Shown here in pieces: positions 9,544 through 18,800 of a DNA stretch of 42,922 bases. The translations under genes and the position numbers were made by a program. Location of the stretch: IMG/VR virus record IMGVR_UViG_2728369185_000014; one strand, given 5' to 3'. Source of the stretch: a virus (taxonomy: Duplodnaviria > Heunggongvirae > Uroviricota > Caudoviricetes). Position 1 is the stretch's first letter, and each line of letters begins with the position of its first letter. A model generated the notes under the pieces. It made no database searches and was not told the origin of the DNA. It saw nothing but the letters and a program-made list of their open reading frames with translations.

Positions 9544-9759
9544 ATGAGCAACCTACGAAAATATCGAGAGTCACTGAATATCTCTCAAACAACACTTGCT
9601 AAGGCAGTTGGATGCACACAGGGAGCTATCGGACATTGGGAATCTGGTCGTCGCTTCCCAGACCTTAAAACATGCCGTGCTCTTGTTGCGTGCCTAAACA
9701 AGTTAGGCGCAAAAGTCAGTCTTGATGACGTGTTCCCGCCGGAACACAAAGCCGCTTAA
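9544..9759 (+). CDS. cro: Cro-like HTH repressor
   Basis: 71-aa protein with an XRE-type helix-turn-helix (SQTTLAKAVGCTQGAIGHWESG), divergent from cI. Confidence 0.8.
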   Translation: MSNLRKYRESLNISQTTLAKAVGCTQGAIGHWESGRRFPDLKTCRALVACLNKLGAKVSLDDVFPPEHKAA

Positions 9760-9900
9760 TAAGCGGATCCGCTCTTTGTAACAACGGACATTCGTCCTAC
9801 GTCGCTGAAAAGCGAGTTCCAAGATATCTGACCAACTAAGGCCATATGCGTTTCCACGCATACCTTTCAACTAACTATTCACTATTGGAAATCTTAAGAA

Positions 9901-10197
9901 ATGGAAAGAACAAGTTACAGCAAACTATCACAGCGTGACGTTGATCGCGCAGAAACAGATTTACTTATCAATCTGTCAGCTATTACCCAGCGCGGTCTGG
10001 CAAAGATGATTGGCTGTCATGAATCGAAGATAAGCAGAACGGACTGGAGATTTATTGCTTCGGTCTTGTGTGCTTTCGGAATGGCATCAGACATCAGTCC
10101 GATTAGCAGGGCTTTTAAGTATGCGCTTGATGGACTCACCAATAAAAAACGCCCGGCGGCAACCGAGCGTTCTGAACAAATCCAGATGGAATTCTGA
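9901..10197 (+). CDS. cII: CII transcriptional activator (hybrid)
   Basis: 98 aa; the C-terminus (...LTNKKRPAATERSEQIQMEF) matches lambda CII, the N-terminal DNA-binding part differs. Confidence 0.8.
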   Translation: MERTSYSKLSQRDVDRAETDLLINLSAITQRGLAKMIGCHESKISRTDWRFIASVLCAFGMASDISPISRAFKYALDGLTNKKRPAATERSEQIQMEF

Positions 10198-10229
10198 GGT
10201 CATTACTGGATCAATCCACAGGAGTCATT

Positions 10230-11129
10230 ATGACAAATACAGCAAAAATACTCAACTTCTGCAGAGGTAACTTTGCCAAACAGGAGCGTAATGTGGCAGA
10301 TCTCGATGATGGTTACGCCAGACTATCAAATATGCTGCTTGAGGCTTATTCAGGCGCAGATCTGACCAAGCGACAGTTTAAAGTGCTGCTTGCCATTCTG
10401 CGTAAAACCTATGGATGGAATAAACCAATGGACAGAATCACCGATTCTCAACTTAGCGAGATTACAAAGTTACCCGTCAAACGGTGCAATGAAGCCAAGT
10501 TAGAACTCGTCAGAATGAATATTATCAAGCAGCAAGGCGGCATGTTTGGACCAAATAAAAACATCTCAGAATGGTGTATCCCTCAAAACGAGGGAAAATC
10601 CCCTAAAACGAGGGATAAAACATCCCTCAAATTGGGGGATTGCTATCCCTCAAAACAGGGGGACACAAAAGACACTATTACAAAAGAAAAAAGAAAAGAT
10701 TATTCGTCAGAGAATTCTGGCGAATCCTCTGACCAGCCAGAAAACGACCTTTCTGTGGTGAAACCGGATGCTGCAATTCAGAGCGGCAGCAAGTGGGGGA
10801 CAGCAGAAGACCTGACCGCCGCAGAATGGATGTTTGACATGGTGAAGACCATCGCGCCATCAGCCAGAAAACCGAATTTTGCAGGGTGGGCTAACGATAT
10901 CCGCCTGATGCGTGAACGTGACGGACGTAACCACCGCGACATGTGCGTGCTGTTCCGCTGGGCATGCCAGGACAACTTCTGGTCCGGTAACGTGCTAAGT
11001 CCGGCCAAACTCCGCGACAAGTGGACCCAACTCGAAATCAACCGTAACAAGCAACAGGCAGGCGTGACAGCTAGCAAACCAAAACTCGACCTGACAAACA
11101 CAGACTGGATTTACGGGGTGGATTTATGA
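10230..11129 (+). CDS. O: Replication initiator O
   Basis: 299 aa, near-identical to lambda O as I recall it; contains the ori iterons. Confidence 0.95.
   Translation: MTNTAKILNFCRGNFAKQERNVADLDDGYARLSNMLLEAYSGADLTKRQFKVLLAILRKTYGWNKPMDRITDSQLSEITKLPVKRCNEAKLELVRMNIIKQQGGMFGPNKNISEWCIPQNEGKSPKTRDKTSLKLGDCYPSKQGDTKDTITKEKRKDYSSENSGESSDQPENDLSVVKPDAAIQSGSKWGTAEDLTAAEWMFDMVKTIAPSARKPNFAGWANDIRLMRERDGRNHRDMCVLFRWACQDNFWSGNVLSPAKLRDKWTQLEINRNKQQAGVTASKPKLDLTNTDWIYGVDL
10576..10705 (+). repeat. Lambda-type origin: four ~19-bp iterons plus an AT-rich region inside O
   Basis: Tandem ATCCCTCAAAACGAGGG-like repeats (four copies) followed by an A/T-rich stretch; placed by hand. Confidence 0.8.
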
Positions 11130-11827
11130 AAAACATCGCCGCACAGATGATTAACTTTGACCGTGAGCAGATGCGTCGGATCGCCAACAACATGCCGGAA
11201 CAGTACGACGAAAAGCCTCAGGTACAGCAGGTAGCGCAGATCATCAATGGTGTGTTCAGCCAGTTACTGGCAACTTTCCCGGCGAGCCTGGCTAACCGGG
11301 ACCAGAACGAACTGAACGAAATCCGCCGCCAGTGGGTTCTGGCTTTCCGGGAAAACGGGATCACCACAATGGAACAGGTTAACGCAGGAATGCGCGTAGC
11401 CCGTCGGCAGAATCGACCATTTCTGCCATCACCCGGGCAGTTTGTTGCATGGTGCCGGGAAGAAGCATCCGTTATCGCCGGACTGCCAAACGTCAGCGAG
11501 CTGGTTGATATGGTTTACGAGTATTGCCGGAAGCGAGGCCTGTATCCGGATGCAGAGTCTTATCCGTGGAAATCGAACGCGCACTACTGGCTGGTTACCA
11601 ACCTGTACCAGAACATGCGGGCCAATGCGCTGACTGACGCGGAATTACGACGCAAGGCTGCCGATGAACTGACCTGTATGACAGCGCGAATTAACCGTGG
11701 TGAGACGATACCTGAACCAGTAAAACAACTTCCTGTCATGGGCGGCAGACCTCTAAATCGTGTTCAGGCGCTGGCGAAGATCGCAGAAATTAAAGCTAAG
11801 TTAGGACTGAAAGGAGCAAGTGTATGA
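11126..11827 (+). CDS. P: Replication protein P (DnaB helicase loader)
   Basis: 233 aa, matching lambda P. Confidence 0.95.
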   Translation: MKNIAAQMINFDREQMRRIANNMPEQYDEKPQVQQVAQIINGVFSQLLATFPASLANRDQNELNEIRRQWVLAFRENGITTMEQVNAGMRVARRQNRPFLPSPGQFVAWCREEASVIAGLPNVSELVDMVYEYCRKRGLYPDAESYPWKSNAHYWLVTNLYQNMRANALTDAELRRKAADELTCMTARINRGETIPEPVKQLPVMGGRPLNRVQALAKIAEIKAKLGLKGASV

Positions 11828-12114
11828 CGGGCAAAGAGGCAATTATTCATTACCTGGGGACGCATAATAGCTTCTGTGCGCCGGACGTTGCCGCGCTAAC
11901 AGGCGCAACAGTAACCAGCATAAATCAGGCCGCGGCTAAAATGGCACGGGCAGGTCTTCTGGTTATCGAAGGTAAGGTCTGGCGAACGGTGTATTACCGG
12001 TTTGCTACCAAGGAAGAACGGGAAGGAAAGATGAGCACGAACCTGATTTTTAAGGAGTGTCGCCAGAGTGCCACGATGAAACGGATATTGGCGGTATATG
12101 GAGTTAAAAGATGA
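11824..12114 (+). CDS. ren: Ren
   Basis: 96 aa, matching lambda Ren; start overlaps the P stop. Confidence 0.85.
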   Translation: MTGKEAIIHYLGTHNSFCAPDVAALTGATVTSINQAAAKMARAGLLVIEGKVWRTVYYRFATKEEREGKMSTNLIFKECRQSATMKRILAVYGVKR

Positions 12115-12187
12115 CCATCTACATCACTGAGCTAATAACAGGCCTGCAGGTAATCGCAGGCCTTTTTATTTGGGGGAGAGGGAAGTC

Positions 12188-12290
12188 ATGAAAAAACTAA
12201 CCTTTGAAATTCGATCTCCGGCACATCAGCAAAACGCTATTCACGCAGTACAGCAAATCCTTCCAGACCCAACCAAACCAATCGTAGTAA
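12188..12290 (+). CDS. ninB: NinB (Orf) 5' fragment, truncated by a gap
   Basis: MKKLTFEIRSPAHQQNAIHAVQQILPDPTKPIVV matches the lambda NinB N-terminus; runs into the 10-N gap. Confidence 0.7.
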
Positions 12291-12300
12291 NNNNNNNNNN
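12291..12300. other. Assembly gap (10 N), probable scaffold join
   Basis: Run of n characters; the sequence on each side belongs to different parts of a phage map. Confidence 0.99.
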
Positions 12301-12706
12301 CCTGCCATCACCCGGGCAGTTTGTTGCATGGTGCCGTGAAGAAGCATCCGTTATTGCCGGACTGCCAAACGCCAGCGAGCTGGTTGATATGGTTTACGAG
12401 TATTGCCGGAAGCGTGGCCTGTATCCGGATGCAGAGTCTTATCCGTGGAAATCAAACGCGCACTACTGGCTGGTTACTAGCCTGTACCAGAATATGCGGG
12501 CCAATGCGCTTACTGATACGGAATTACGGCGCAAGGCTGCCGATGAACTGACTTGTATGACCGCGCGAATTAACCGTGGTGAGGCGATCCCTGAACCAGT
12601 AAAACAACTTCCTGTTATGGGCGGTAGACCTCTAAATCGTGCACAGGCTCTGGCGAAGATCGCAGAAATTAAAGCTAAGTTCGGACTGAAAGGAGCAAGT
12701 GTATGA
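12301..12706 (+). pseudogene. P-like replication gene, 3' fragment (second, diverged copy)
   Basis: Encodes ...LPSPGQFVAWCREEASVIAGLPNASELVDMVYEY...KAKFGLKGASV, a paralogue of the C-terminal part of P (11126..11827); no 5' end is present. Confidence 0.7.
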
Positions 12707-13005
12707 CGGGCAAAGAGGCAATTATTCATTACCTGGGGACGCATAAGAGCTTCTGTGCACAGGACGTTGCCGCGGTAACAGGCGCAACCGTAACCAGCAT
12801 AAATCAGGCTGCGGCTAAAATGGCGCGGGCAGGAATCCTGGTCGTTGATGGTAAGGTCTGGCGAACGGTGTATTACCGGTTCGCTACCAGAGAAGAACGG
12901 GAAGGAAAGGTGAGCACGAATCTGATTTTTAAGGAGTGTCGCCAGAGTGCCGCGATGAAACGCTTATTGAGGGTATATAAAAGAACATCAATGGGTACAC
13001 AATGA
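12703..13005 (+). CDS. Ren-like protein (second, diverged copy)
   Basis: 100-aa paralogue of ren (11824..12114), following the P-like fragment as in the DLP12-type nin arrangement. Confidence 0.75.
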   Translation: MTGKEAIIHYLGTHKSFCAQDVAAVTGATVTSINQAAAKMARAGILVVDGKVWRTVYYRFATREEREGKVSTNLIFKECRQSAAMKRLLRVYKRTSMGTQ

Positions 13006-13072
13006 TGAAACAGGTGAGTTGATTTCAAACTGTAGTACAATTCTCTCCAGTTTGAACAGGAAAGAATATGCT

Positions 13073-13405
13073 ATGAACCCTTATATTTATCTTGGTGGTG
13101 CAATACTTGCAGAGGTCATTGGTACAACCTTAATGAAGTTTTCAGAAGGTTTTACACGGTTATGGCCATCTGTTGGTACAATTATTTGTTATTGTGCATC
13201 ATTCTGGTTATTAGCTCAGACGCTGGCTTATATTCCTACAGGGATTGCTTATGCTATCTGGTCAGGAGTCGGTATTGTCCTGATTAGCTTACTGTCATGG
13301 GGATTTTTCGGCCAACGGCTGGACCTGCCAGCCATTATAGGCATGATGTTGATTTGTGCCGGTGTGTTGGTTATTAATTTATTGTCACGAAGCACACCAC
13401 ATTAA
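13073..13405 (+). CDS. emrE: EmrE small multidrug-resistance efflux transporter
   Basis: 110 aa, four hydrophobic helices, MNPYIYLGGAILAEVIGTTLMKFSEGF... matches E. coli EmrE, a prophage-borne gene in DLP12. Confidence 0.9.
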   Translation: MNPYIYLGGAILAEVIGTTLMKFSEGFTRLWPSVGTIICYCASFWLLAQTLAYIPTGIAYAIWSGVGIVLISLLSWGFFGQRLDLPAIIGMMLICAGVLVINLLSRSTPH

Positions 13406-13661
13406 AAATAATTTGTTTCTAAACGACTAAAATATGGAGGCTCTTATATTTATATGAGCCTCGTTTTATGCTTTTTGTTAATGTCTTTATTTTTTTATGT
13501 ATTCTTTTGTGCTTTCAAGATTATGGCGTAAGAAAATTGCAATACGATTATTGTTGTATATTCAAGATAATGTGACCTTAATTGTCTTTTTAAATAAAAA
13601 TTAAACAAAAATTATATCTCACCACTAAGGTTTATAAAAGCATACGTTAGCAGGTGTCACC

Positions 13662-15188
13662 ATGAAAAAAGCCATAGCATATATGCGATTTTCATCACCA
13701 GGTCAGATGTCTGGCGACTCATTAAACCGACAGAGAAGACTTATTGCTGAATGGTTAAAGGTAAATAGTGATTATTATCTTGATACCATAACATATGAAG
13801 ATTTAGGATTAAGTGCATTCAAAGGAAAGCATGCACAATCAGGAGCTTTTTCGGAATTTTTAGATGCTATAGAGCATGGTTATATATTGCCAGGAACTAC
13901 ATTGTTAGTTGAAAGTCTGGACAGACTTTCAAGAGAAAAAGTCGGTGAAGCGATTGAGCGTCTGAAATTGATTTTGAATCACGGTATTGATGTTATAACT
14001 CTTTGCGATAATACAGTCTATAATATTGACTCTTTGAATGATCCATATTCATTAATAAAAGCCATACTTATAGCACAAAGGGCAAATGAAGAAAGCGAGA
14101 TAAAGTCAAGTCGGGTTAAATTATCATGGAAGAAAAAACGGCAGGATGCACTGGAGTCAGGCACGATTATGACGGCGTCTTGTCCGAGATGGCTCTCCTT
14201 AGATGACAAAAGAACGGCTTTTGTTCCAGACCCCGACAGGGTGAAAACTATTGAGCTAATTTTTAAACTCAGGATGGAAAGGCGCTCATTGAATGCAATA
14301 GCCAAGTATTTAAATGATCATGCTGTAAAGAATTTCTCAGGAAAAGAAAGTGCATGGGGACCTTCTGTAATTGAAAAATTATTAGCGAATAAAGCTCTGA
14401 TAGGTATATGCGTACCTTCATATCGTGCAAGAGGTAAAGGAATAAGTGAAATCGCTGGCTATTATCCCAGAATCATATCAGATGATTTGTTTTACGCTGT
14501 GCAGGAAATTCGGTTGGCACCTTTTGGTATTAGCAATAGTAGCAAAAATCCTATGTTGATAAATCTACTTCGAACAGTTATGAAGTGCGAGGCTTGTGGT
14601 AATACCATGATTGTTCATGCGGTATCTGGAAGTTTGCATGGCTATTATGTTTGTCCGATGAGAAGACTGCATCGATGTGACAGGCCATCAATAAAGAGAG
14701 ATTTGGTTGATTATAATATCATTAATGAGTTGCTTTTTAATTGTAGTAAAATCCAACCAGTTGAAAACAAGAAAGATGCTAATGAAACTTTAGAGTTGAA
14801 AATTATTGAGCTCCAGATGAAAATTAATAATTTAATTGCTGCATTATCTGTTGCGCCTGAAGTTACCGCTATAGCAGAAAAAATCAGAGTATTAGATAAG
14901 GAATTACGAAGGGCTTCTGTATCATTAAAAACTTTGAAGAGTAAAGCGGTGAGCTCACTTGGTGATTTTCATGCTATTGACTTAACCAGTAAAAATGGGC
15001 GAGAGCTATGTCGTACACTTGCCTATAAAACATTCGAAAAAATCATAATCAATACAGATAATAAAACCTGTGATATCTATTTTATGAATGGCATTGTTTT
15101 TAAACACTATCCTTTAATGAAAACAATATCCGCCCAGCAGGCGATAAGTACTCTCAAATATATGGTTGATGGTGAGGTTTATTTTTGA
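13662..15188 (+). CDS. ybcK: Large serine recombinase (YbcK-like)
   Basis: 508 aa; N-terminal resolvase-type catalytic region (AIAYMRFSSPGQ...) and a Cys-rich C-terminal extension; AT-rich. Confidence 0.8.
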   Translation: MKKAIAYMRFSSPGQMSGDSLNRQRRLIAEWLKVNSDYYLDTITYEDLGLSAFKGKHAQSGAFSEFLDAIEHGYILPGTTLLVESLDRLSREKVGEAIERLKLILNHGIDVITLCDNTVYNIDSLNDPYSLIKAILIAQRANEESEIKSSRVKLSWKKKRQDALESGTIMTASCPRWLSLDDKRTAFVPDPDRVKTIELIFKLRMERRSLNAIAKYLNDHAVKNFSGKESAWGPSVIEKLLANKALIGICVPSYRARGKGISEIAGYYPRIISDDLFYAVQEIRLAPFGISNSSKNPMLINLLRTVMKCEACGNTMIVHAVSGSLHGYYVCPMRRLHRCDRPSIKRDLVDYNIINELLFNCSKIQPVENKKDANETLELKIIELQMKINNLIAALSVAPEVTAIAEKIRVLDKELRRASVSLKTLKSKAVSSLGDFHAIDLTSKNGRELCRTLAYKTFEKIIINTDNKTCDIYFMNGIVFKHYPLMKTISAQQAISTLKYMVDGEVYF

Positions 15189-15299
15189 GTAATAATCACT
15201 TTTTCAACCGTGCTATAGTAAGAAAGTTAGGTAAGTACAATAAAATTATCTATCCTGAACGAAGCGTCCTGAGCTATGGTTTTACTATAGGGACTGCCA

Positions 15300-15617
15300 A
15301 TGGATGCTGGCGTTCTCGTTCTAGCAGTTCAACAATCCCCAATCACAAAACAATTCACTGATAACGAACTTTGCACACTCGCCTGGTTATGGCGAGCAGG
15401 GAATGTGATGTTAATTGCCTACCAGAACGTTACTCATCTTCTTCAGGATGCGGAGCATGGTGAAGCTGGTCACTTCACTTCCATCGAGCAAGAATATCCC
15501 CAGATACTCAACAGAGCGCGAGCAATCCTCGTCCGAGAAACGGCACATGTAAAACTTCAGCCGTGGCAGGATGATAAGTGGAGTCGAGTATTGCCGTATT
15601 TGCGTCAAATCTGTTAG
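15300..15617 (+). CDS. Hypothetical protein (105 aa)
   Basis: Track ORF only; no motif recognised; could be a gene remnant. Confidence 0.3.
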   Translation: MDAGVLVLAVQQSPITKQFTDNELCTLAWLWRAGNVMLIAYQNVTHLLQDAEHGEAGHFTSIEQEYPQILNRARAILVRETAHVKLQPWQDDKWSRVLPYLRQIC

Positions 15618-15821
15618 GAGTATAGCCGCCAGCCATGAGTGTTGTATTAAAACAAGGATGTCTATATATGGGATAGCGAGAGTATGAATATCAGTTATTT
15701 TGAGAGTTAACTGATTGTGAAATTAGTTTTTTTCACAAACGAGTGGGGTTACTATGATGAGTGTTCTAATGCATAGGGAACACCTAATTTTTTCAATGAA
15801 TTCAAATTGATAGGATCAAAA

Positions 15822-16751
15822 ATGGCACAACAGAGAACTACCTCCCTCAGATCCATACCTTTAGACTTAGATGTTAAGCAAGAGGCTGTCATTAACGGTA
15901 TAGAAATGGGGGTACTCGATAACGGAATTCCGTACCTTACTCAGAATGGGTTGGCAAATGTTTGTGGTGTTCAGCGTTTGCGAATCAAGGAAATTACCGA
16001 TGAGTGGGCTCAATCTGTTGAGAACGGTATTTTCAAAAAAGGAAGAATGACTTTTATTGGTACATATCTTCTTAATGAAGGTTTTACAGATGAAAAACTT
16101 TATATACCAATAATTCGAAATGGTGTTGAGTACCATGCTTATCCAGATGTTGTATGCATGGCTATACTTGAATACTATGCCTTTGAAGCAAAACAAGCAG
16201 AAAGTGAGACTGCAATTAGATCTTACAGAGAGCTTGCTAAAAAAGGCCTCAAGACATTTATATACGAGGCGCTAAAATATCAACCGGAGGACCCGTGGAG
16301 GCATTACCATGACAGAGTATCTTTATTAAAAGATAAGGGAACCATACCTGATGGGTATTTCATTATATTTAATGAAATTGCAGGTATGATGGTAGATCTC
16401 ATCAATGCTGGATTAGCGATTAATCAGCATACCGTACCTGATGGCAGTGTTGGTTCTTGCTGGGCGCGTCACTGGAAAGCAAAGGGGTTAGCAACAGAAT
16501 TTGGAGAAAGAGTAGACTGTGAGCATTATTACCCTGAAGATTTTCTTCAGGCAAGTTCCAATCCTCAGATCATTAATGCCTATCCTGATTCTGCATTGTC
16601 AGAGTTTCGTAGATGGTTTAAGCATGAATATTTAACCACAAAGTTCCCACCGTATATTCTTAAAAAATCAAACGTGCTTCCTGGTGGTACAGAAGATGCT
16701 AATCGTCTGATAGAAGCTTTCAAAAAATCAGAGCTAGAAAATAAACCATAA
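15822..16751 (+). CDS. Uncharacterised nin-region protein with a possible KilA-N/Bro-N-like N-terminal domain
   Basis: ~309-aa ORF from the ATG 6 nt after AGGA (the track ORF starts at an upstream TTG); N-terminal ...INGIEMGVLDNGIPYLTQNGLANVCGV... resembles phage KilA-N/Bro-N DNA-binding domains; AT-rich. Confidence 0.5.
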   Translation: MAQQRTTSLRSIPLDLDVKQEAVINGIEMGVLDNGIPYLTQNGLANVCGVQRLRIKEITDEWAQSVENGIFKKGRMTFIGTYLLNEGFTDEKLYIPIIRNGVEYHAYPDVVCMAILEYYAFEAKQAESETAIRSYRELAKKGLKTFIYEALKYQPEDPWRHYHDRVSLLKDKGTIPDGYFIIFNEIAGMMVDLINAGLAINQHTVPDGSVGSCWARHWKAKGLATEFGERVDCEHYYPEDFLQASSNPQIINAYPDSALSEFRRWFKHEYLTTKFPPYILKKSNVLPGGTEDANRLIEAFKKSELENKP

Positions 16752-16947
16752 TTGTTTTTTGGCTTTTGATTTTACATAATCATTTTGCCATAATCATGTC
16801 ATCGGAGCCTGAACAACTCCGGTGACTTCTGCGCTAAACGGGGACGTTTATGCGCACATACAATCCAAACTCTCTTCTCCCTTCACAGATGCAGAGATGC
16901 ACCTGCGATTTTTTGCATCCAGCGTTTGACCTCTGCGGAGGTGAAGC

Positions 16948-17403
16948 GTGAATCTCCCACAAGATGGCATCAAATTACATCGCGGTAACTTCACCGCTAT
17001 CGGTCGGCAGATCCAGCCTTATCTGGAGGAGGGCAAATGCTTTCGCATGGTGCTTAAACCGTGGCGTGAGAAACGCAGTCTTTCCCAGAATGCACTCAGC
17101 CACATGTGGTACAGCGAAATCAGTGAATACCTCATCAACAGGGGTAAAACGTTCGCCACTCCAGCTTGGGTAAAAGATGCTCTCAAACACACATATCTCG
17201 GTTATGAAACCAAAGACCTGGTTGATGTCGTAACCGGTGATATCACCACTATCCAGTCGTTACGCCATACCTCCGATCTTGATACCGGAGAGATGTATGT
17301 CTTCCTGTGTAAGGTTGAAGCCTGGGCGGTGAATATTGGCTGCCACCTGACTATTCCGCAGAGCTGCGAGTTCCAGCTGCTCCGTGACAAGCAGGAGGCG
17401 TAA
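16948..17403 (+). CDS. ybcN: YbcN-like nin-region protein
   Basis: 151-aa ORF (GTG start) matching the DLP12 YbcN family as I recall it. Confidence 0.75.
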   Translation: MNLPQDGIKLHRGNFTAIGRQIQPYLEEGKCFRMVLKPWREKRSLSQNALSHMWYSEISEYLINRGKTFATPAWVKDALKHTYLGYETKDLVDVVTGDITTIQSLRHTSDLDTGEMYVFLCKVEAWAVNIGCHLTIPQSCEFQLLRDKQEA

Positions 17404-17573
17404 TGGCTACACCGCTTATTCGTGTCATGAACGGACACATCTACAGAGTATCAAATCGTCGTAAGCGTAAGCCTGAGCCGAAGCCATCCGAAATACCAAC
17501 ACTGCTCGGATATACCGCTAGCCTGGTTGATAAAAAATGGTTGCGACTGGCAGCAAGGAGGAATCATGGCTGA
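17403..17573 (+). CDS. ninE: NinE
   Basis: 56-aa [33 protein letters not shown]... read by hand; overlaps the ybcN stop and the ybcO start. Confidence 0.7.
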   Translation: MATPLIRVMNGHIYRVSNRRKRKPEPKPSEIPTLLGYTASLVDKKWLRLAARRNHG

Positions 17574-17856
17574 TTTGAGAAAAGCAGCGCGTGGTCGGGA
17601 ATGCCAGGTAAGAATCCCTGGCGTATGTAATGGCAATTCTGAAACGTCTGTACTGGCACATATCCGGCTGGCTGGATTGTGCGGTACCGGTATCAAACCG
17701 CCAGACCTGATTGCCACCATTGCATGTTCTGCCTGCCACGACGAAATCGACCGCCGCACACATTTTGTCGATGCTGCATATGCAAAAGAATGCGCGCTGG
17801 AAGGTATGGCGAGAACACAGGTTATCTGGCTGAAAGAGGGGGTTATTAAGGCGTGA
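17566..17856 (+). CDS. ybcO: YbcO-like Cys/His-rich nin-region protein
   Basis: 96 aa from the internal ATG ([23 protein letters not shown]...). Confidence 0.7.
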   Translation: MADLRKAARGRECQVRIPGVCNGNSETSVLAHIRLAGLCGTGIKPPDLIATIACSACHDEIDRRTHFVDAAYAKECALEGMARTQVIWLKEGVIKA

Positions 17857-18215
17857 ATACCTACAGTATCACATTACCCTGGCCGCCGAGCAATAATCGC
17901 TATTACCGCCATAATCGCGGGCGCACGCACGTCAGCGCAGAGGGGCAGGCATACCGCGATAACGTCGCCCGAATCATTAAAAACGCAATGCTGGATATCG
18001 GCCTAGCTATGCCTGTGAAAATCCGCATTGAGTGCCACATGCCGGATCGCCGTCGCCGTGACCTGGATAATCTGCAAAAAGCCGCTTTTGACGCACTCAC
18101 TAAAGCAGGTTTCTGGCTGGATGATGCTCAGGTCGTTGATTACCGCGTTGTGAAGATGCCTGTTACCAAAGGTGGGAGGCTGGAACTGACCATCACCGAA
18201 ATGGGGAATGAATGA
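17853..18215 (+). CDS. rusA: RusA Holliday-junction resolvase
   Basis: 120 aa [36 protein letters not shown]... matching E. coli RusA; GTG start. Confidence 0.9.
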   Translation: MNTYSITLPWPPSNNRYYRHNRGRTHVSAEGQAYRDNVARIIKNAMLDIGLAMPVKIRIECHMPDRRRRDLDNLQKAAFDALTKAGFWLDDAQVVDYRVVKMPVTKGGRLELTITEMGNE

Positions 18216-18352
18216 TGTTTGAGTTTAATATGGCAGAATTTCTTCGCCACCGCTGGGGGCGTCTGCGCTTATATCGTTTCCCCGGTTCTGTTTTGACCGA
18301 TTACCGAATACTGAAGAATTACGCCAAAACCCTGACAGGAGCAGGAGTATGA
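18212..18352 (+). CDS. ylcG: YlcG-like small protein
   Basis: 46-codon [26 protein letters not shown]... overlapping the rusA stop; read by hand. Confidence 0.55.
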   Translation: MMFEFNMAEFLRHRWGRLRLYRFPGSVLTDYRILKNYAKTLTGAGV

Positions 18353-18411
18353 AGTCAGAGATAACAATCAACTAATACTGTTTTGTTGATTTTTGCTTGT
18401 AATTGGCGTTC

Positions 18412-18421
18412 NNNNNNNNNN
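18412..18421. other. Assembly gap (10 N)
   Basis: Run of n characters between ylcG and Q. Confidence 0.99.
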
Positions 18422-18443
18422 CCTGATTTTGTGGAGAAAGTTG

Positions 18444-18800
18444 ATGCGTGATATGTATGAAGTAATGGATCGTTGGGGAGCTTGGGCTGCTTCAGACAAT
18501 AGCGGAGTGGACTGGCAGCCGATAGCGGCTGGTTTCAAGGGACTTTTACCTCATGGCAAAAAGTCACGGATTCAGTGTGATGATGACGAAGGCATCATGA
18601 TAGACAGTTGTGTGGCTCGGTTGAGAAGGTATAAACCAGAGGAATATGAGCTCATCATCGCCCACTTTGTTATCGGTATCTCATTACGCACTATTGCGAA
18701 GAAGAGAAAATGCTCTGATGGCACAATTAGGAAGGAACTGCAAACTGCAATGGGGTTTGTTGACGGCTGTTTAGCAATGTTAGCTTATAGTATGGCATAA
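18444..18800 (+). CDS. Q: Q-like late-gene antiterminator (short type)
   Basis: 118 aa MRDMYEVMDRWGAWAASDNSGVDWQPIAAGFKGLLP...; W-G-A-W-A motif and Cys cluster as in short Q/QuuD-type antiterminators; position after nin and before lysis genes. Confidence 0.7.
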   Translation: MRDMYEVMDRWGAWAASDNSGVDWQPIAAGFKGLLPHGKKSRIQCDDDEGIMIDSCVARLRRYKPEEYELIIAHFVIGISLRTIAKKRKCSDGTIRKELQTAMGFVDGCLAMLAYSMA

